This document shows, one piece after another, positions 19,982 through 29,291 of a stretch of 64,000 nt of DNA. Both the position numbers and the translations under genes were made by a program. Below the pieces are notes generated by a model. It ran no database searches, was not told where the DNA came from, and worked only from the letters and a program-made list of their open reading frames with translations. Position 1 is the stretch's first letter; each line of letters opens with the position of its first letter. Origin of the DNA: Nannocystis bainbridge (lineage in GTDB: Bacteria; Myxococcota_A; Polyangia; Nannocystales; Nannocystaceae); NCBI RefSeq assembly GCF_028368995.1, contig NZ_JAQNDL010000003.1, positions 480,001-544,000 on the forward strand, read 5' to 3'.

Positions 19982-21352
19982 ATGTCCACCGTCCGCCTCA
20001 CCGACCCTATCGACATCGGCGCGCTCCGCCTGCCCAACCGCCTCTACCGCGCGCCCGTGCTCGAGGGTGCGGGCGGCGCCGACGACCCGGCCGCCGTCTA
20101 CGCCCGCCACTTCGTGCCCAACGCCGCCGCGGGCGTCGGACTCATCATTCAGGGCAACACGATCGTCTGTCCCGAGGGCCGCACCTCGCCGGGCATGTCG
20201 GCGATCGGCGAACGCGAGCGCATGCTCGCCCTCGCCCCGCTGACGCGCGCGGTCCACGACGCGGGCGGCAAGATCGTCACGCAGCTCGGCCACGGCGGCC
20301 TGTTCGCGCTCGAGGGCTGGCACACCAAGTTCGCCCCGGTCCGCAGCTCGCCGCCGTACGCCCCGAGCCCGCTGCCGCTGTGGCTGCGCGCGCTGCATCG
20401 CAGCCAGACGCACGTGCTCACCACCGCGGAGGTCCAACAATTGATCGCCCGCTTCGGCCACGTGGCCGCCTGGGCGCGCGAGGCCGGCTACGACGGCGTG
20501 CAGCTGGCGGCCAGCAACGCCAAGCTGCTGCATCAATTCCTCAGCCCGATCTTCAACCGCCGCCGCGATCGTTACGGCGGCGACATCCACGGGCGCATGA
20601 CCTTCATCCGCGAGATCCGCGAGGCCATCGCCCGCGAGGCCGGGGCCGACTTCCCGGTCCTCCTCAAATACACCGCCGTCGAGCTGACCCCGATCGGCCG
20701 CGGCATCGACCTCGGCGAGGGCGTCGAGATCGCGCGTATGGCCGAGGCCGCCGGCTTCGCCGCGCTGACGCCGGTGATCGCCGACGCGCTGCCCAACACC
20801 TCGATCGCCCGCGGCGAGTTCCCGCGCGCCTCGTTCGACAACCCCGGCCTGCGCCGCCGCCTGCTCGAGGCCACCGGCAGCCGCATGCGCGCCGCCCTGG
20901 TCCACGTCGGCATGTTCCTGTCCTCGCGCAAGTACCCGCTCTCGCCGATGTGGAACCGCGAAGTCTTCCGCGCGATCAAGGCGGCGGTCAGCTTGCCGGT
21001 GTTCGCGGTCGGAGGCATCCGCACGCCCGCCGAGGCGGCCGAGATCCTGGCCCGCGGCGAGGCCGACATGATCGGCATCGGCCGCCCGTTCTACGCCGAG
21101 CCCGACCTGGCCCGCCGCTTCCTCGCCGCCTCCGGCCCGTCCGACACCACCGCCACCGCCTGCGAGAGCTGCAACCGCTGCATCGTCCCGCAGATGCTGG
21201 GGATGCCGGGCGTCTGCTACAACCCCGGTAGCTTGCGCGCGGCGAAGATTCGCTCGCCTTTGCGCGCCGTGCCGGGCGTAGCATCTGCGGTTGGGACTCC
21301 ATCAGATGACTCCATGTCAGGCCCGCGGGAACGGGTCCGTTCTGTCGGCTAG
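19982..21352 (+). CDS. NADH:flavin oxidoreductase (OYE family); last 40 aa supplied by the integrated element
   Basis: LPNRL, QLGHGG, AGYDGVQL, QFLSP..NRRRDRYGG, VGGIR, GRPFYAEPDL, CESCNRC; attL overlaps codons MLGMPGVCYNPG. Confidence 0.93.
   Translation: MSTVRLTDPIDIGALRLPNRLYRAPVLEGAGGADDPAAVYARHFVPNAAAGVGLIIQGNTIVCPEGRTSPGMSAIGERERMLALAPLTRAVHDAGGKIVTQLGHGGLFALEGWHTKFAPVRSSPPYAPSPLPLWLRALHRSQTHVLTTAEVQQLIARFGHVAAWAREAGYDGVQLAASNAKLLHQFLSPIFNRRRDRYGGDIHGRMTFIREIREAIAREAGADFPVLLKYTAVELTPIGRGIDLGEGVEIARMAEAAGFAALTPVIADALPNTSIARGEFPRASFDNPGLRRRLLEATGSRMRAALVHVGMFLSSRKYPLSPMWNREVFRAIKAAVSLPVFAVGGIRTPAEAAEILARGEADMIGIGRPFYAEPDLARRFLAASGPSDTTATACESCNRCIVPQMLGMPGVCYNPGSLRAAKIRSPLRAVPGVASAVGTPSDDSMSGPRERVRSVG
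21195..21230. other. attL: TGCTGGGGATGCCG-GGCGTCTG-CTACAACCCCGGTA
   Basis: Shares TGCTGGGGATG and GCTACAACCCCGG with 61363-61398 at identical spacing. Confidence 0.9.
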
Positions 21353-21492
21353 CAGTGCGAGCGGAGCGCGTCAAGAGTCAAGATCGACACGCGCGTGCAG
21401 GGCCGAGGTCGACGTCGGGCGGCGCGGCGCAGCGGCGCGGCTCGCGGCTCGCCGGAGCTGCGACTCCCCGAAGCTGCGGTAGGATCCGCGTC

Positions 21493-21657
21493 ATGACTCT
21501 CCGCAAGAAGTGTCCCCGGTGCGGCAAGGAAAAGCCGCTCGATGATTTCCACCACTCCGACGACGCCGCGGACCGGCATCAGGGCTACTGCAAAAAATGT
21601 AACAATGAACGGCAGTATGAGCCGGGCGGCGCTGCCTATCCGAAGAAGCGGTCGTAG
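21493..21657 (+). CDS. Small phage-type Zn-ribbon protein (54 aa)
   Basis: KKCPRCGKEKPLDDF...GYCKKC; TAGGAT 7 nt before ATG. Confidence 0.75.
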   Translation: MTLRKKCPRCGKEKPLDDFHHSDDAADRHQGYCKKCNNERQYEPGGAAYPKKRS

Positions 21658-21676
21658 TTCACGCGTCACGTAACGG

Positions 21677-21719
21677 GCGGCGCACGCGCTAGTATGGGCA
21701 CGTGCGCCGCTTCTTTATT
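21677..21719 (+). terminator. Intrinsic terminator
   Basis: GCGGCGCACG/CGTGCGCCGC stem followed by TTCTTTATT. Confidence 0.6.
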
Positions 21720-21787
21720 CGCGGCGGTGGACTCGTGATCGCGCCACCGCTGTGCTGTGTGGTCGGCCTCCGGCGAGGGACGGGAAC

Positions 21788-22108
21788 ATGACCGACACCA
21801 CCCGATCCCCACTACACCTCGCCGAGACTCTCATCGGCGCGGCGCTCGCCTTGTTCATCTCCCTGATCGCACGGACAGGCTGCGACTACCAGGTTGCGGG
21901 CCATGTCCGCGAGGACAGGCCATCGCCGCCGCCGCCGCTCGCCTCTCCATCGCTGCCGGCGCCGCCGGACGCCTCCGGCGCCCTCGGTCCGCGTGAGGAC
22001 GCCGCGCTCGTCCCACGAGGGCGCGTAGGCGGCGACGAGACGCAGCGAGGTAAGCGTCGGCCATATCGGGGCAGGCCCGCCCCGAAACGACTCCACGGGG
22101 CGGGCTAG
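21788..22108 (+). CDS. Small single-TM protein with RTxCxxQVxGH motif
   Basis: MTDTT..LIGAALALFISLIARTGCDYQVAGHVRE; same motif in 29795-30034. Confidence 0.5.
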   Translation: MTDTTRSPLHLAETLIGAALALFISLIARTGCDYQVAGHVREDRPSPPPPLASPSLPAPPDASGALGPREDAALVPRGRVGGDETQRGKRRPYRGRPAPKRLHGAG

Positions 22109-22225
22109 GCCGCGCTGGGGCGGGAACCCCAGCGAAGGCCCGACGACCCGGCTCGCGCTCCGCGTGGGCCGGGTCTTCGACTTCCCGGCGCGCAAGACTC
22201 GCCTGCGGCAGCGACAAGGCACGTT

Positions 22226-22377
22226 CTCGACCTCCTCCACCGGCTCTCCCGTCGTCGACCTCGACGTCCGGCGGCGCCAAGGACAGCGCCGCCGCGAGCA
22301 CCGCCGGCGTCTCGACCTTCGACATGGACCCCGCGCCCAACCTCGGCGATCCGCAGTTCGAGGGGGGCAAGGGCAAG
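22226..22377 (+). pseudogene. Diverged partial copy of the 5' region of the 23200 lipoprotein gene
   Basis: Close match to ~23313-23472 (STSTSGGA.DSAAASTAGVSTFDMDPAP..GDPQ.EG.KGK). Confidence 0.8.
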
Positions 22378-22496
22378 GTAGCCAGCGCAGCGGCGGACGT
22401 GAGCTTCGCAACCGGCGGGCGCGCCGGTGCGTCCGGCGAAATTCCGCGTGCGCGGGGTTGCCAGGCCACCATGCGGCGTGTACGCCTGGCCCAAGT

Positions 22497-23087
22497 ATGT
22501 CGAATCCACCCCGTCTCCCTCAGTCCGAAGCCGAATTCCTGGAAATACTCGGAATTCTAAGCCAATTGACCGCTGATCCGGCCACGCTCGGCGAGCTTGT
22601 TCGTCCGCTGACGCCGGAGGATGAAGCGCTGCTCGCCCTCGATCCGGCGACGCTTCCAGCGGACCAGCGACAGGCGCACGCGAACGCCAGGCTGCGCCAG
22701 CTCTTCCAGGCCCACGTGAACCCGTCGACCGACCTGGGCCCGTCGACGATGCCCGATCTGGGCACGCTGACGATGCCCGACCTGGGCACGCCGACGATGC
22801 CCGACCTGGGCACGCTGACGATGCCCGACCTGGGCACGCCGACGATGCCCGACCTGGGCACGCTGACGATGCCCCACCTCGACCCGCCGACGATGCCCGA
22901 CCTGGGCACGCTGACGATGCCCCACCTCGACCTGCCGGCGATGCCCGACTTCGGCCTGTCCGACCCGGGCCCGCTGACGCCAGAGGATGAAGCGCTGATC
23001 GCCCTCGATCCGGCGACGCTTACGCCGGAACAGAGGCGAGCGCGCGCGCTCGCCATGGCGCGCAAGCTCCTGCGACCGCCCGAGTAG
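22497..23087 (+). CDS. Hypothetical protein with 8-aa tandem repeats flanked by a duplicated module
   Basis: ~9x TMPDLGT(L/P) between two PLTPEDEAL(L/I)ALDPATL copies. Confidence 0.7.
   Translation: MSNPPRLPQSEAEFLEILGILSQLTADPATLGELVRPLTPEDEALLALDPATLPADQRQAHANARLRQLFQAHVNPSTDLGPSTMPDLGTLTMPDLGTPTMPDLGTLTMPDLGTPTMPDLGTLTMPHLDPPTMPDLGTLTMPHLDLPAMPDFGLSDPGPLTPEDEALIALDPATLTPEQRRARALAMARKLLRPPE
22746..22961 (+). repeat. 24-bp tandem repeat, ~9 units, with 48-bp higher-order alternation
   Basis: ACGATGCCCGACCTGGGCACGC(T/C)G. Confidence 0.9.
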
Positions 23088-23108
23088 CCCCGACAGGGCA
23101 CTCGACCG

Positions 23109-23149
23109 AAGGCTCGGCCCGCGCCTGCTGGCCGAGCCTTTGGCTTTTC
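23109..23149 (+). terminator. Probable intrinsic terminator
   Basis: AAGGCTCGGCC/GGCCGAGCCTT stem then TGGCTTTTCT. Confidence 0.55.
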
Positions 23150-23199
23150 TGTCCGGTGATGCGCGAGACAGCGCGCGCCGGCCGGGGTAGACTTGACAC

Positions 23200-24303
23200 A
23201 TGCGCCGCCTTGCGCTGCTCGCCGCCGCTGCCGCCCTCGCGGGCTGCGGCACCGACAACTCGCCGGGGTTCTCCACGGGGCCCGGCGTGACGTCCGTGAC
23301 GACGCTGGGGACCTCGACCTCGTCCACCAGCTCGGCCGGCTCGTCGTCGTCGACCTCGACGTCCGGCGGCGCCGAGGACAGCGCCGCCGCCAGCACCGCC
23401 GGCGTCTCGACGTTCGACATGGACCCCGCGCCCGACGTCGGCGATCCGCAACCCGAGGGGTGCAAGGGCAAGATCGATTTCCTGTTCGTGATCAGCGCCT
23501 TCGGCACGATGCGCCACGAACAAGATCAACTCCTGGCGAGCTACGACGGCTTCGTGGACGTGTTGGCGTCGAAGTTCGCCGACTTCGACCGGCACGTGAT
23601 CAGCGTGAACACGGACGAGTTTTGGCGGGGCACGGGCTGCGAAGAGCCCGAGTTCTGTGGGAACGCGGGTAACTGCGGCCCATACGCGATGGACTACGTC
23701 TGCGGCTCGTACGCCGACACCGTGTTCAAGTGCGACCGGACCCGCGGCGCCGGCCTGCTCTACAACGCCGGCCCGCACGCCACGAACCACGTGTGCGAGC
23801 TCGACGGGGGAAACCGCTACATCATCAACGGCGCGACGGACCCGGACGCGTTCGCCTGCATCGCGCAGGTGGGGACCTTCGGCGCCAATTCACCGATCGC
23901 CGACACGCTCGTCGCGGCTGTGTCCGGCGAGCTCAACGGCCCGGGCGGCTGCAACGAGGGCTTTCTCCGCGACGACGCCCTGCTCGTGTTCGTCCTCATC
24001 ATGGACAACGAGGACGAGCAATCGGTCCTGAGCGCGAAAAAAGTTCATGACGCGGTGGTGGCCGCCAAGGGCGGGGACGAGCACGCGGTCGTCGGCCTGG
24101 CGATCATCCCGCAGCCGCTAGAGGGCGAGCCCGTGCCAGATTGCGTCTACGACGACGGCCTTTGGCAGCAACACCTACGCGAAGTCGTGCAGACCTTCGA
24201 CTACCACCGCGAAGGCAACATCTGCGCCGACAGCTACGACGGGTTCTTCAGCGAGGCCGCCGATCTCGTTCACGAGGCGTGTAACGCGTTCATCCCTCAG
24301 TGA
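23200..24303 (+). CDS. Lipoprotein with Ser/Thr linker and vWA-like domain
   Basis: LAGC lipobox, CKGKIDFLFVIS, CNEGFLRDDALLVFVLIMDNED. Confidence 0.85.
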   Translation: MRRLALLAAAAALAGCGTDNSPGFSTGPGVTSVTTLGTSTSSTSSAGSSSSTSTSGGAEDSAAASTAGVSTFDMDPAPDVGDPQPEGCKGKIDFLFVISAFGTMRHEQDQLLASYDGFVDVLASKFADFDRHVISVNTDEFWRGTGCEEPEFCGNAGNCGPYAMDYVCGSYADTVFKCDRTRGAGLLYNAGPHATNHVCELDGGNRYIINGATDPDAFACIAQVGTFGANSPIADTLVAAVSGELNGPGGCNEGFLRDDALLVFVLIMDNEDEQSVLSAKKVHDAVVAAKGGDEHAVVGLAIIPQPLEGEPVPDCVYDDGLWQQHLREVVQTFDYHREGNICADSYDGFFSEAADLVHEACNAFIPQ

Positions 24304-24310
24304 GCCGCGC

Positions 24311-25966
24311 TCACTGCCGCACGAGCGCCGCCCGGGCGTACTGAACGCCAGCGGTGGTCAGCTCGCCGACCGGGAACACTTGATCCCAGGGGTCGACCGC
24401 GACGCCGTAGACCGCGGACGCCTCCGGGCCGGACGAGAATTTGTGCTCGTACACAAGACCCTTGCGCCCGAGCACAACGCCGCGGAGCAACCCGCCGACC
24501 TTCACCACGCCCCCGGCGATCACCCCGCCATGCGCACTCACGGCGACGCCGGTCCCGTACGCGACATCAGCGGCCGCCTCGGGAACCCACCATAGCCGGG
24601 CCCCGCTGGCGTCGTAAAGCGCCAGCTCGATCCGCTGCGACGTCCCGTCGCCCGTCGCCCCGTAGCCGACGACGACCACGCCGTCCGGATGTGCCGCGGC
24701 GCCGAGATACATCCCTTGCCGCCAGCCGCCGCTTACCTCTTGCACGATCACCGGGTCGAGTCGCGCGCCGGTTTCAAGATCCAGGGGCACGAGGACGCCG
24801 CGTGACTCCGTCCAAATGCCGTTGTGTTCCCCGACGCTCGCGCCGGCGACCCACGCGACGCCGTCCTTGATCACCACGTCGAACGCGAGGTCGTCGAAGG
24901 AGTGTTTAAAGAGCTCGTTGCCGTTCGGGACGTGGTCCCACCCCTTCGCGCTCACGACCGCGACGCCCTCGGCGGTCATGCGCCAGACCTTGATGTCCGT
25001 GTCGCCGTAGCCCGAGGCCCCGAAGCCGACCGCGATGCAGCCGCCCGCGTCGTCGCTGGCGATGCCCCGCACCGTCGACCCCGCATCGGTCGGCATCTCC
25101 ACGCCGGTCTCCTGGCCCTCGGCGTCGAGCAAGACGATCCGCGGCCGCCACTTTTTGTCCGCCTGGCGGACGTTCATAGCGACCCAGATCTCGCCGGACG
25201 GCGTCAGCGCGACCGCATCGACCGCGCCCTCGCGTGAGTCGAGCACGATCGTTCCCTCGGCCCAGATCTCCGCGCCGTCCTCGCCTCGGCGCTTCCGGAT
25301 CGACGGGCGCAGCGCGCCGTCGATCAAGACGGCGCCGACCTCGATCGCGTCCCCCTCGGGGGTGGCGACGATGCGCCGCGAGATCGAGCCGCTCGGCCCG
25401 AGCCTGCCCCACGCGAGATCGCCGGGCGCGGGCGCGGCGACCTCGAACATCACCGGCGGCCACACGTGCGCGAGCGGCCCGCGCGTGGCGGTCACTTCGA
25501 GTACGTGCGCGCCGTTGTCCACGGCGCCGTAGCAGGGCGCGGCGCCGGTCCACACGCCCCCACCCTGGTCGGTGAACGGCTCCAGCTCGGCGCCGTCGAG
25601 CGTGGCGCGCACGAGGCTCGCGCCGCCCTCGGTCGTCACCGTCACCGGCACCGGGCCGGCGAGGTGGACTTTCGCGGGCACGTCGACGTCGAGGATCCGC
25701 GGCGGGACAAACTCGGCGTTGCCGGCCGTGCTGCCGGCCTCGCTCGTGCCCGTCGCGTCCGTCGTGCCCTCGTAGTCGCCGGTCGCCGGGCTCGGCTCGT
25801 CGCTTGTGCTCGCGGGGCCGGTCGTCTCCGCCGCTCCGCCCTCGCTGCTCGTACCTGTCCCGTGGGTCATGTCGTTGGCCAAGAAGTCGGCCCACGACGG
25901 CGCGTGATCGGCACAGGCGCCGAACGCGAAGAGCATGCAGAGGGACAAAGCGCGAGCGCGGTTCAT
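24311..25966 (-). CDS. Lipoprotein with Ig-like domain and beta-propeller-like repeats
   Basis: AFGAC lipobox, GGAGG SD, repeated AV.vA.d..G.i..vG blades. Confidence 0.8.
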   Translation of the reverse strand: MNRARALSLCMLFAFGACADHAPSWADFLANDMTHGTGTSSEGGAAETTGPASTSDEPSPATGDYEGTTDATGTSEAGSTAGNAEFVPPRILDVDVPAKVHLAGPVPVTVTTEGGASLVRATLDGAELEPFTDQGGGVWTGAAPCYGAVDNGAHVLEVTATRGPLAHVWPPVMFEVAAPAPGDLAWGRLGPSGSISRRIVATPEGDAIEVGAVLIDGALRPSIRKRRGEDGAEIWAEGTIVLDSREGAVDAVALTPSGEIWVAMNVRQADKKWRPRIVLLDAEGQETGVEMPTDAGSTVRGIASDDAGGCIAVGFGASGYGDTDIKVWRMTAEGVAVVSAKGWDHVPNGNELFKHSFDDLAFDVVIKDGVAWVAGASVGEHNGIWTESRGVLVPLDLETGARLDPVIVQEVSGGWRQGMYLGAAAHPDGVVVVGYGATGDGTSQRIELALYDASGARLWWVPEAAADVAYGTGVAVSAHGGVIAGGVVKVGGLLRGVVLGRKGLVYEHKFSSGPEASAVYGVAVDPWDQVFPVGELTTAGVQYARAALVRQ

Positions 25967-25990
25967 GGCGACCTCCGAGCGCAAAGCGGC

Positions 25991-26854
25991 TCAGAACGAG
26001 TATACAAAGCCGGCGCCGCCGGCGCGCGCTCTCGCGCGTGAGCCTGCGCGGGTCGGCGCGAACAGGACTGCCGCGCTTGTAATTAGGCTTACACACGCAA
26101 CAGTGAGCAGGGCAGGCCATGTCGCATCGAGCCGGACATAGCGGTCGTTGGCGCCGTGCGCCGCGGCCCGTTCGGCGGCCGTGTACTCGCGGCCTCGCGC
26201 GGCGTCGACGATGGCGCCGAGTTCGGCTTCCGCCTGCTCACGTCGCACGAGGGCGCCGGCCATGCCCCCGAGCAAGCCGAGCCCGATCCCGCCGAGCACG
26301 GAGGCCGCGATCACGCGGCCGCGAGGTCTCCACGGCGGCCTGTCCTTCGCGCCAGGCTCGGGCATGCTGTCCTTCGCGCCAGGTTGCGGCCCCGGTCCTT
26401 CGGCCCGCGGCCCGGTCGTCGGCGTCGGCTCGGTCGTCGACGGCTCGGTCGTCGGCGGCTCGGTCGTCGGCGCCGGCTCGGGCGTCGGCTCGGCCGGCGC
26501 CGACGCGGGGCACTCTGCGTCCGCCTTGTCCACGAGGGACGCGTCGGTCGCTTCGAGCTCGACCCACGCGGCCTCCTCCTTCGGGGTGGCGAAGCCCCCT
26601 CGCGCGACTAAGCCGCGCGCCACGTCGAGAGCTTCGCACAGGTGGGCGACGTCCCCCGTCGTGCGGTAGAGCGCGCGCAGGCTGTCGTGGACGCCATAGA
26701 GCGCCGTGGGAGCGTGGACACCCGGGGCGGCGGCTCGCTCGCGGTGCAGCTTCAACGCGAGCTCCAGCTTGCCCTCGTTGAAGGCCGCGACGGCCTCGGC
26801 CTCCGAGGGCGGCGGGACGAGCATGGTCGACACCAGGACGAGGCGGAGCAACAT
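25991..26854 (-). CDS. Exported TPR-like protein with Pro/Thr linker and C-terminal TM pair
   Basis: AVAAFNEGKLELAL helix, PTTE repeats, TM segments; GGAGG SD. Confidence 0.75.
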   Translation of the reverse strand: MLLRLVLVSTMLVPPPSEAEAVAAFNEGKLELALKLHRERAAAPGVHAPTALYGVHDSLRALYRTTGDVAHLCEALDVARGLVARGGFATPKEEAAWVELEATDASLVDKADAECPASAPAEPTPEPAPTTEPPTTEPSTTEPTPTTGPRAEGPGPQPGAKDSMPEPGAKDRPPWRPRGRVIAASVLGGIGLGLLGGMAGALVRREQAEAELGAIVDAARGREYTAAERAAAHGANDRYVRLDATWPALLTVACVSLITSAAVLFAPTRAGSRARARAGGAGFVYSF

Positions 26855-26863
26855 GGCGACCTC

Positions 26864-28471
26864 CTACCGAGGGAAAAACGTGTGTTGCCGCTGCCCTTTG
26901 GCGACGCGAAGATCGAAGTGATCCAGGGCCTCGCGGATACACCCCGTCTCGGGCGAGCCCGAGGCGAGACCTCGAACGCTGGGCGGCTCGTCGGCGGCGA
27001 TGGTCGTCAAGAGCGGCTCGGGTTCGATCTTCGCGCGCTTCAGGCAAGCCCGTGCGCGAGCCTCGGCCCGCCGCATGCGCTTCGCCCACGGCTCGGGCCG
27101 CGGCAGCTCGGGCGACTCGACGACCGCGCTCGCGGCCGCAGGCTCGACGACCTCGGGCGACTCGACGGCCGCGCTCGCGGCTGCGAACTCGATGACCGCG
27201 CTCGCGGCCGCGGGCTCGACGACCGCGCTCGCGGCCGCGGGCTCGACGACCCGCGGCGGCTCGGGCGACCCGACGACCGCGCTCGCGGCCGCAGGCTCGA
27301 CGACGGGAGGCGCGACGACCCGCGGCTCGGCGGCGGGCGACTCGACGACCGCCGGCTCGCTCGGCGCGGCCGCCCACAGGAGAGCCACGGTCGCGCCGAC
27401 GCCAAGGGCGAACGATGCGAGGGAGGCCCCGAGGACGAACGGCAGCGATGGTCGCTTCGCCGGCGCCGCCAGGCGCGACTGCACGATCTCGAGTGCCCGG
27501 ACCAGCTCGGCCATGCTGCGGTGGCGCTCCGCTACACGCGACACGCCGCGCCGAAGCTCCACGACCAGCGGCCCGAGCTCGGGCGCAAACTCCTCCGCTC
27601 GGATCTCGCGGTGGCGCCACACCTCCCGCGCATACAAACGCCGCCCGGTGATCATCTCGTAGAGGACGACGCAGACCGAGAACACGTCCGTACCTGGCGA
27701 GACCTTGCCCTCGTTGACCCACTGCGGGCACATGTACGCCGGATTCCCGATCCACTCCATCTCCGCCGTCCGCCAGCGCTTGCCGGCCTCGGTCGGATCG
27801 CGTAGGTGCGGCTGCTCGTAGTAGTCCGCGGTCAAAAGTGCCGCACCGAAGTCGATCAGGCGCACGCGCTCGCCTTCGAGGATCACATTGTCCGGCTTCA
27901 CGTCGCGATGGATCACGCCGGCGTTGTGAACCGCCGCGAGCACACGGCCGAGGTCGATCGCCAGCGCGAGCGCTCGCGCGGGCGGTATCGTCGTCTCACG
28001 GCGCAAGCGGTCGCGGATCGTCTCGCCCGAAATGATCTGCATGGCGAAGTAAGGCTCGCCCTCGGTCTCTCCGATGTCGTAGATCGCCGGGACGCCCGAG
28101 TGCCCGATCGCCGCGAGCGCTCGGTATTCCCGCCGAAAGCGCTCCGTGAAGCTCGTGTCCGCATAGCTCGGCTTGATCCGCTTGATCGCCACGTTGCGAC
28201 AGGCGACGCGATCGTATGCGAGCTGAACGACGCCCATTCCGCCCACGCCGAGCGTTCGCAGCAGCGTGTATCGCCCGGCGAAGGGACCGAGCGGCAGGCC
28301 GGCCGCTTCCACCGGAGGCGCGTCGTCGTCGTCGTCGCCGAAGCCCGCGTCGAGCACCGGACTCACGTCGATCGGCGGATCGAGCAGGCCGAAGGTCAAC
28401 TCCCGCGGGGCCGGACGGGTGATATCGGCGGGGTCGAGCGGCGGGAACGGGCTATCCGCGAGGACGGTCAA
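26864..28471 (-). CDS. Hanks-type Ser/Thr protein kinase with TM and VVEPAAASA repeats
   Basis: LGVGGMGVV, VAIK, HRDVKPDNV, DFG, DVFS; TTG start with AAGGAG SD. Confidence 0.93.
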   Translation of the reverse strand: MTVLADSPFPPLDPADITRPAPRELTFGLLDPPIDVSPVLDAGFGDDDDDAPPVEAAGLPLGPFAGRYTLLRTLGVGGMGVVQLAYDRVACRNVAIKRIKPSYADTSFTERFRREYRALAAIGHSGVPAIYDIGETEGEPYFAMQIISGETIRDRLRRETTIPPARALALAIDLGRVLAAVHNAGVIHRDVKPDNVILEGERVRLIDFGAALLTADYYEQPHLRDPTEAGKRWRTAEMEWIGNPAYMCPQWVNEGKVSPGTDVFSVCVVLYEMITGRRLYAREVWRHREIRAEEFAPELGPLVVELRRGVSRVAERHRSMAELVRALEIVQSRLAAPAKRPSLPFVLGASLASFALGVGATVALLWAAAPSEPAVVESPAAEPRVVAPPVVEPAAASAVVGSPEPPRVVEPAAASAVVEPAAASAVIEFAAASAAVESPEVVEPAAASAVVESPELPRPEPWAKRMRRAEARARACLKRAKIEPEPLLTTIAADEPPSVRGLASGSPETGCIREALDHFDLRVAKGQRQHTFFPR

Positions 28472-28484
28472 GGCGCGCTCCTTC

Positions 28485-29291
28485 TCACTTGGGGGCCGGC
28501 AGCGGGGCGAAGATGACCTCGTACTCCTGGCGCCGCGAGGACGTGACGGGCGTGTCGCCCGCGAGATCGTCGCGCTCCGGCCAGGTGATGAAGCCGTGCT
28601 CCACGGCGCTTGCGAGGCGATTCTCGCAGCGACAGGGGTTCTCGGGATCCACGTGCTCGCAGACGTAGTCGAGATATTCGCCCAGGTCTTGACGCGCGCG
28701 TGTGTAGGCAGTGTTCGCGCCGGTCGCGGTGCCGAAAATCGCAGACACCTCGTCGCGCGAGAGCCCGAGAATGACACGCAAGATGAATGCGGCGCGCGGG
28801 GCCGCGGACAGGTTCATCAGGACGGTCGTCAGGCACTTGCGCTGTACCTCGTGCTGGAGCACGTACAGCCGCCGCGGGTCGCCGCGGATCAACGGGTGTC
28901 CCATTCCGAGCTTGGTCGTCCCGTCGAACCGCCCGAGGCTCTCGTCGAGGTTGAACCCGTGAACCCGGTGGCGAGCGGAGAACAAGCGGATGACCTGCCG
29001 GAGGCGCCCGAACAAGTCGGCCGCGGGCTCGGCGATCGGCTCTCCCTGTAAACGCCTCGCGCCCGGCCGCTTGTATTCGTGCTGACGCAGGCCCGGGCGC
29101 TTGTACGCGCCGGGCGGGTGGCCAGGCAGCACGTCTGGGGCATCCGGCTGGAGCATCGCCATGCCCGCCTCACGCGAGCCTGCCATCCAGGTAGCGAACA
29201 ACACCACGAGCGGGTGTTCGGCGGGCGGCCGCTCGGCGGGGGAGTCTTGTTGTGCGGCGGAGCCCGAGGATTCAGGGGTCGGGGTGGCCAT
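28485..29291 (-). CDS. Divergent ECF-type sigma factor with C-terminal Cys motif
   Basis: Region 4 LMNLSAAPRAAFILRVILGLSRDEVSAIFG..TRARQDL then CEHVDPENPCRC; region 2 not clearly recognisable. Confidence 0.7.
   Translation of the reverse strand: MATPTPESSGSAAQQDSPAERPPAEHPLVVLFATWMAGSREAGMAMLQPDAPDVLPGHPPGAYKRPGLRQHEYKRPGARRLQGEPIAEPAADLFGRLRQVIRLFSARHRVHGFNLDESLGRFDGTTKLGMGHPLIRGDPRRLYVLQHEVQRKCLTTVLMNLSAAPRAAFILRVILGLSRDEVSAIFGTATGANTAYTRARQDLGEYLDYVCEHVDPENPCRCENRLASAVEHGFITWPERDDLAGDTPVTSSRRQEYEVIFAPLPAPK

Noticed and set aside
21229-21310. Integrase N-terminus supplied by the left end after circularisation
   Set aside because: The in-frame minus-strand sequence beyond attL reaches TGA after ~25 codons with no start codon
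22746-22961. Possible CRISPR array (also the 21-bp repeats at 47308-47403 and 27-bp repeats at ~27113-27360)
   Set aside because: Contiguous in-frame coding repeats with no unique spacers and no cas genes
22226-23472. Possible DGR template/variable repeat pair
   Set aside because: Mismatches are not adenine-specific and there is no reverse transcriptase in the window
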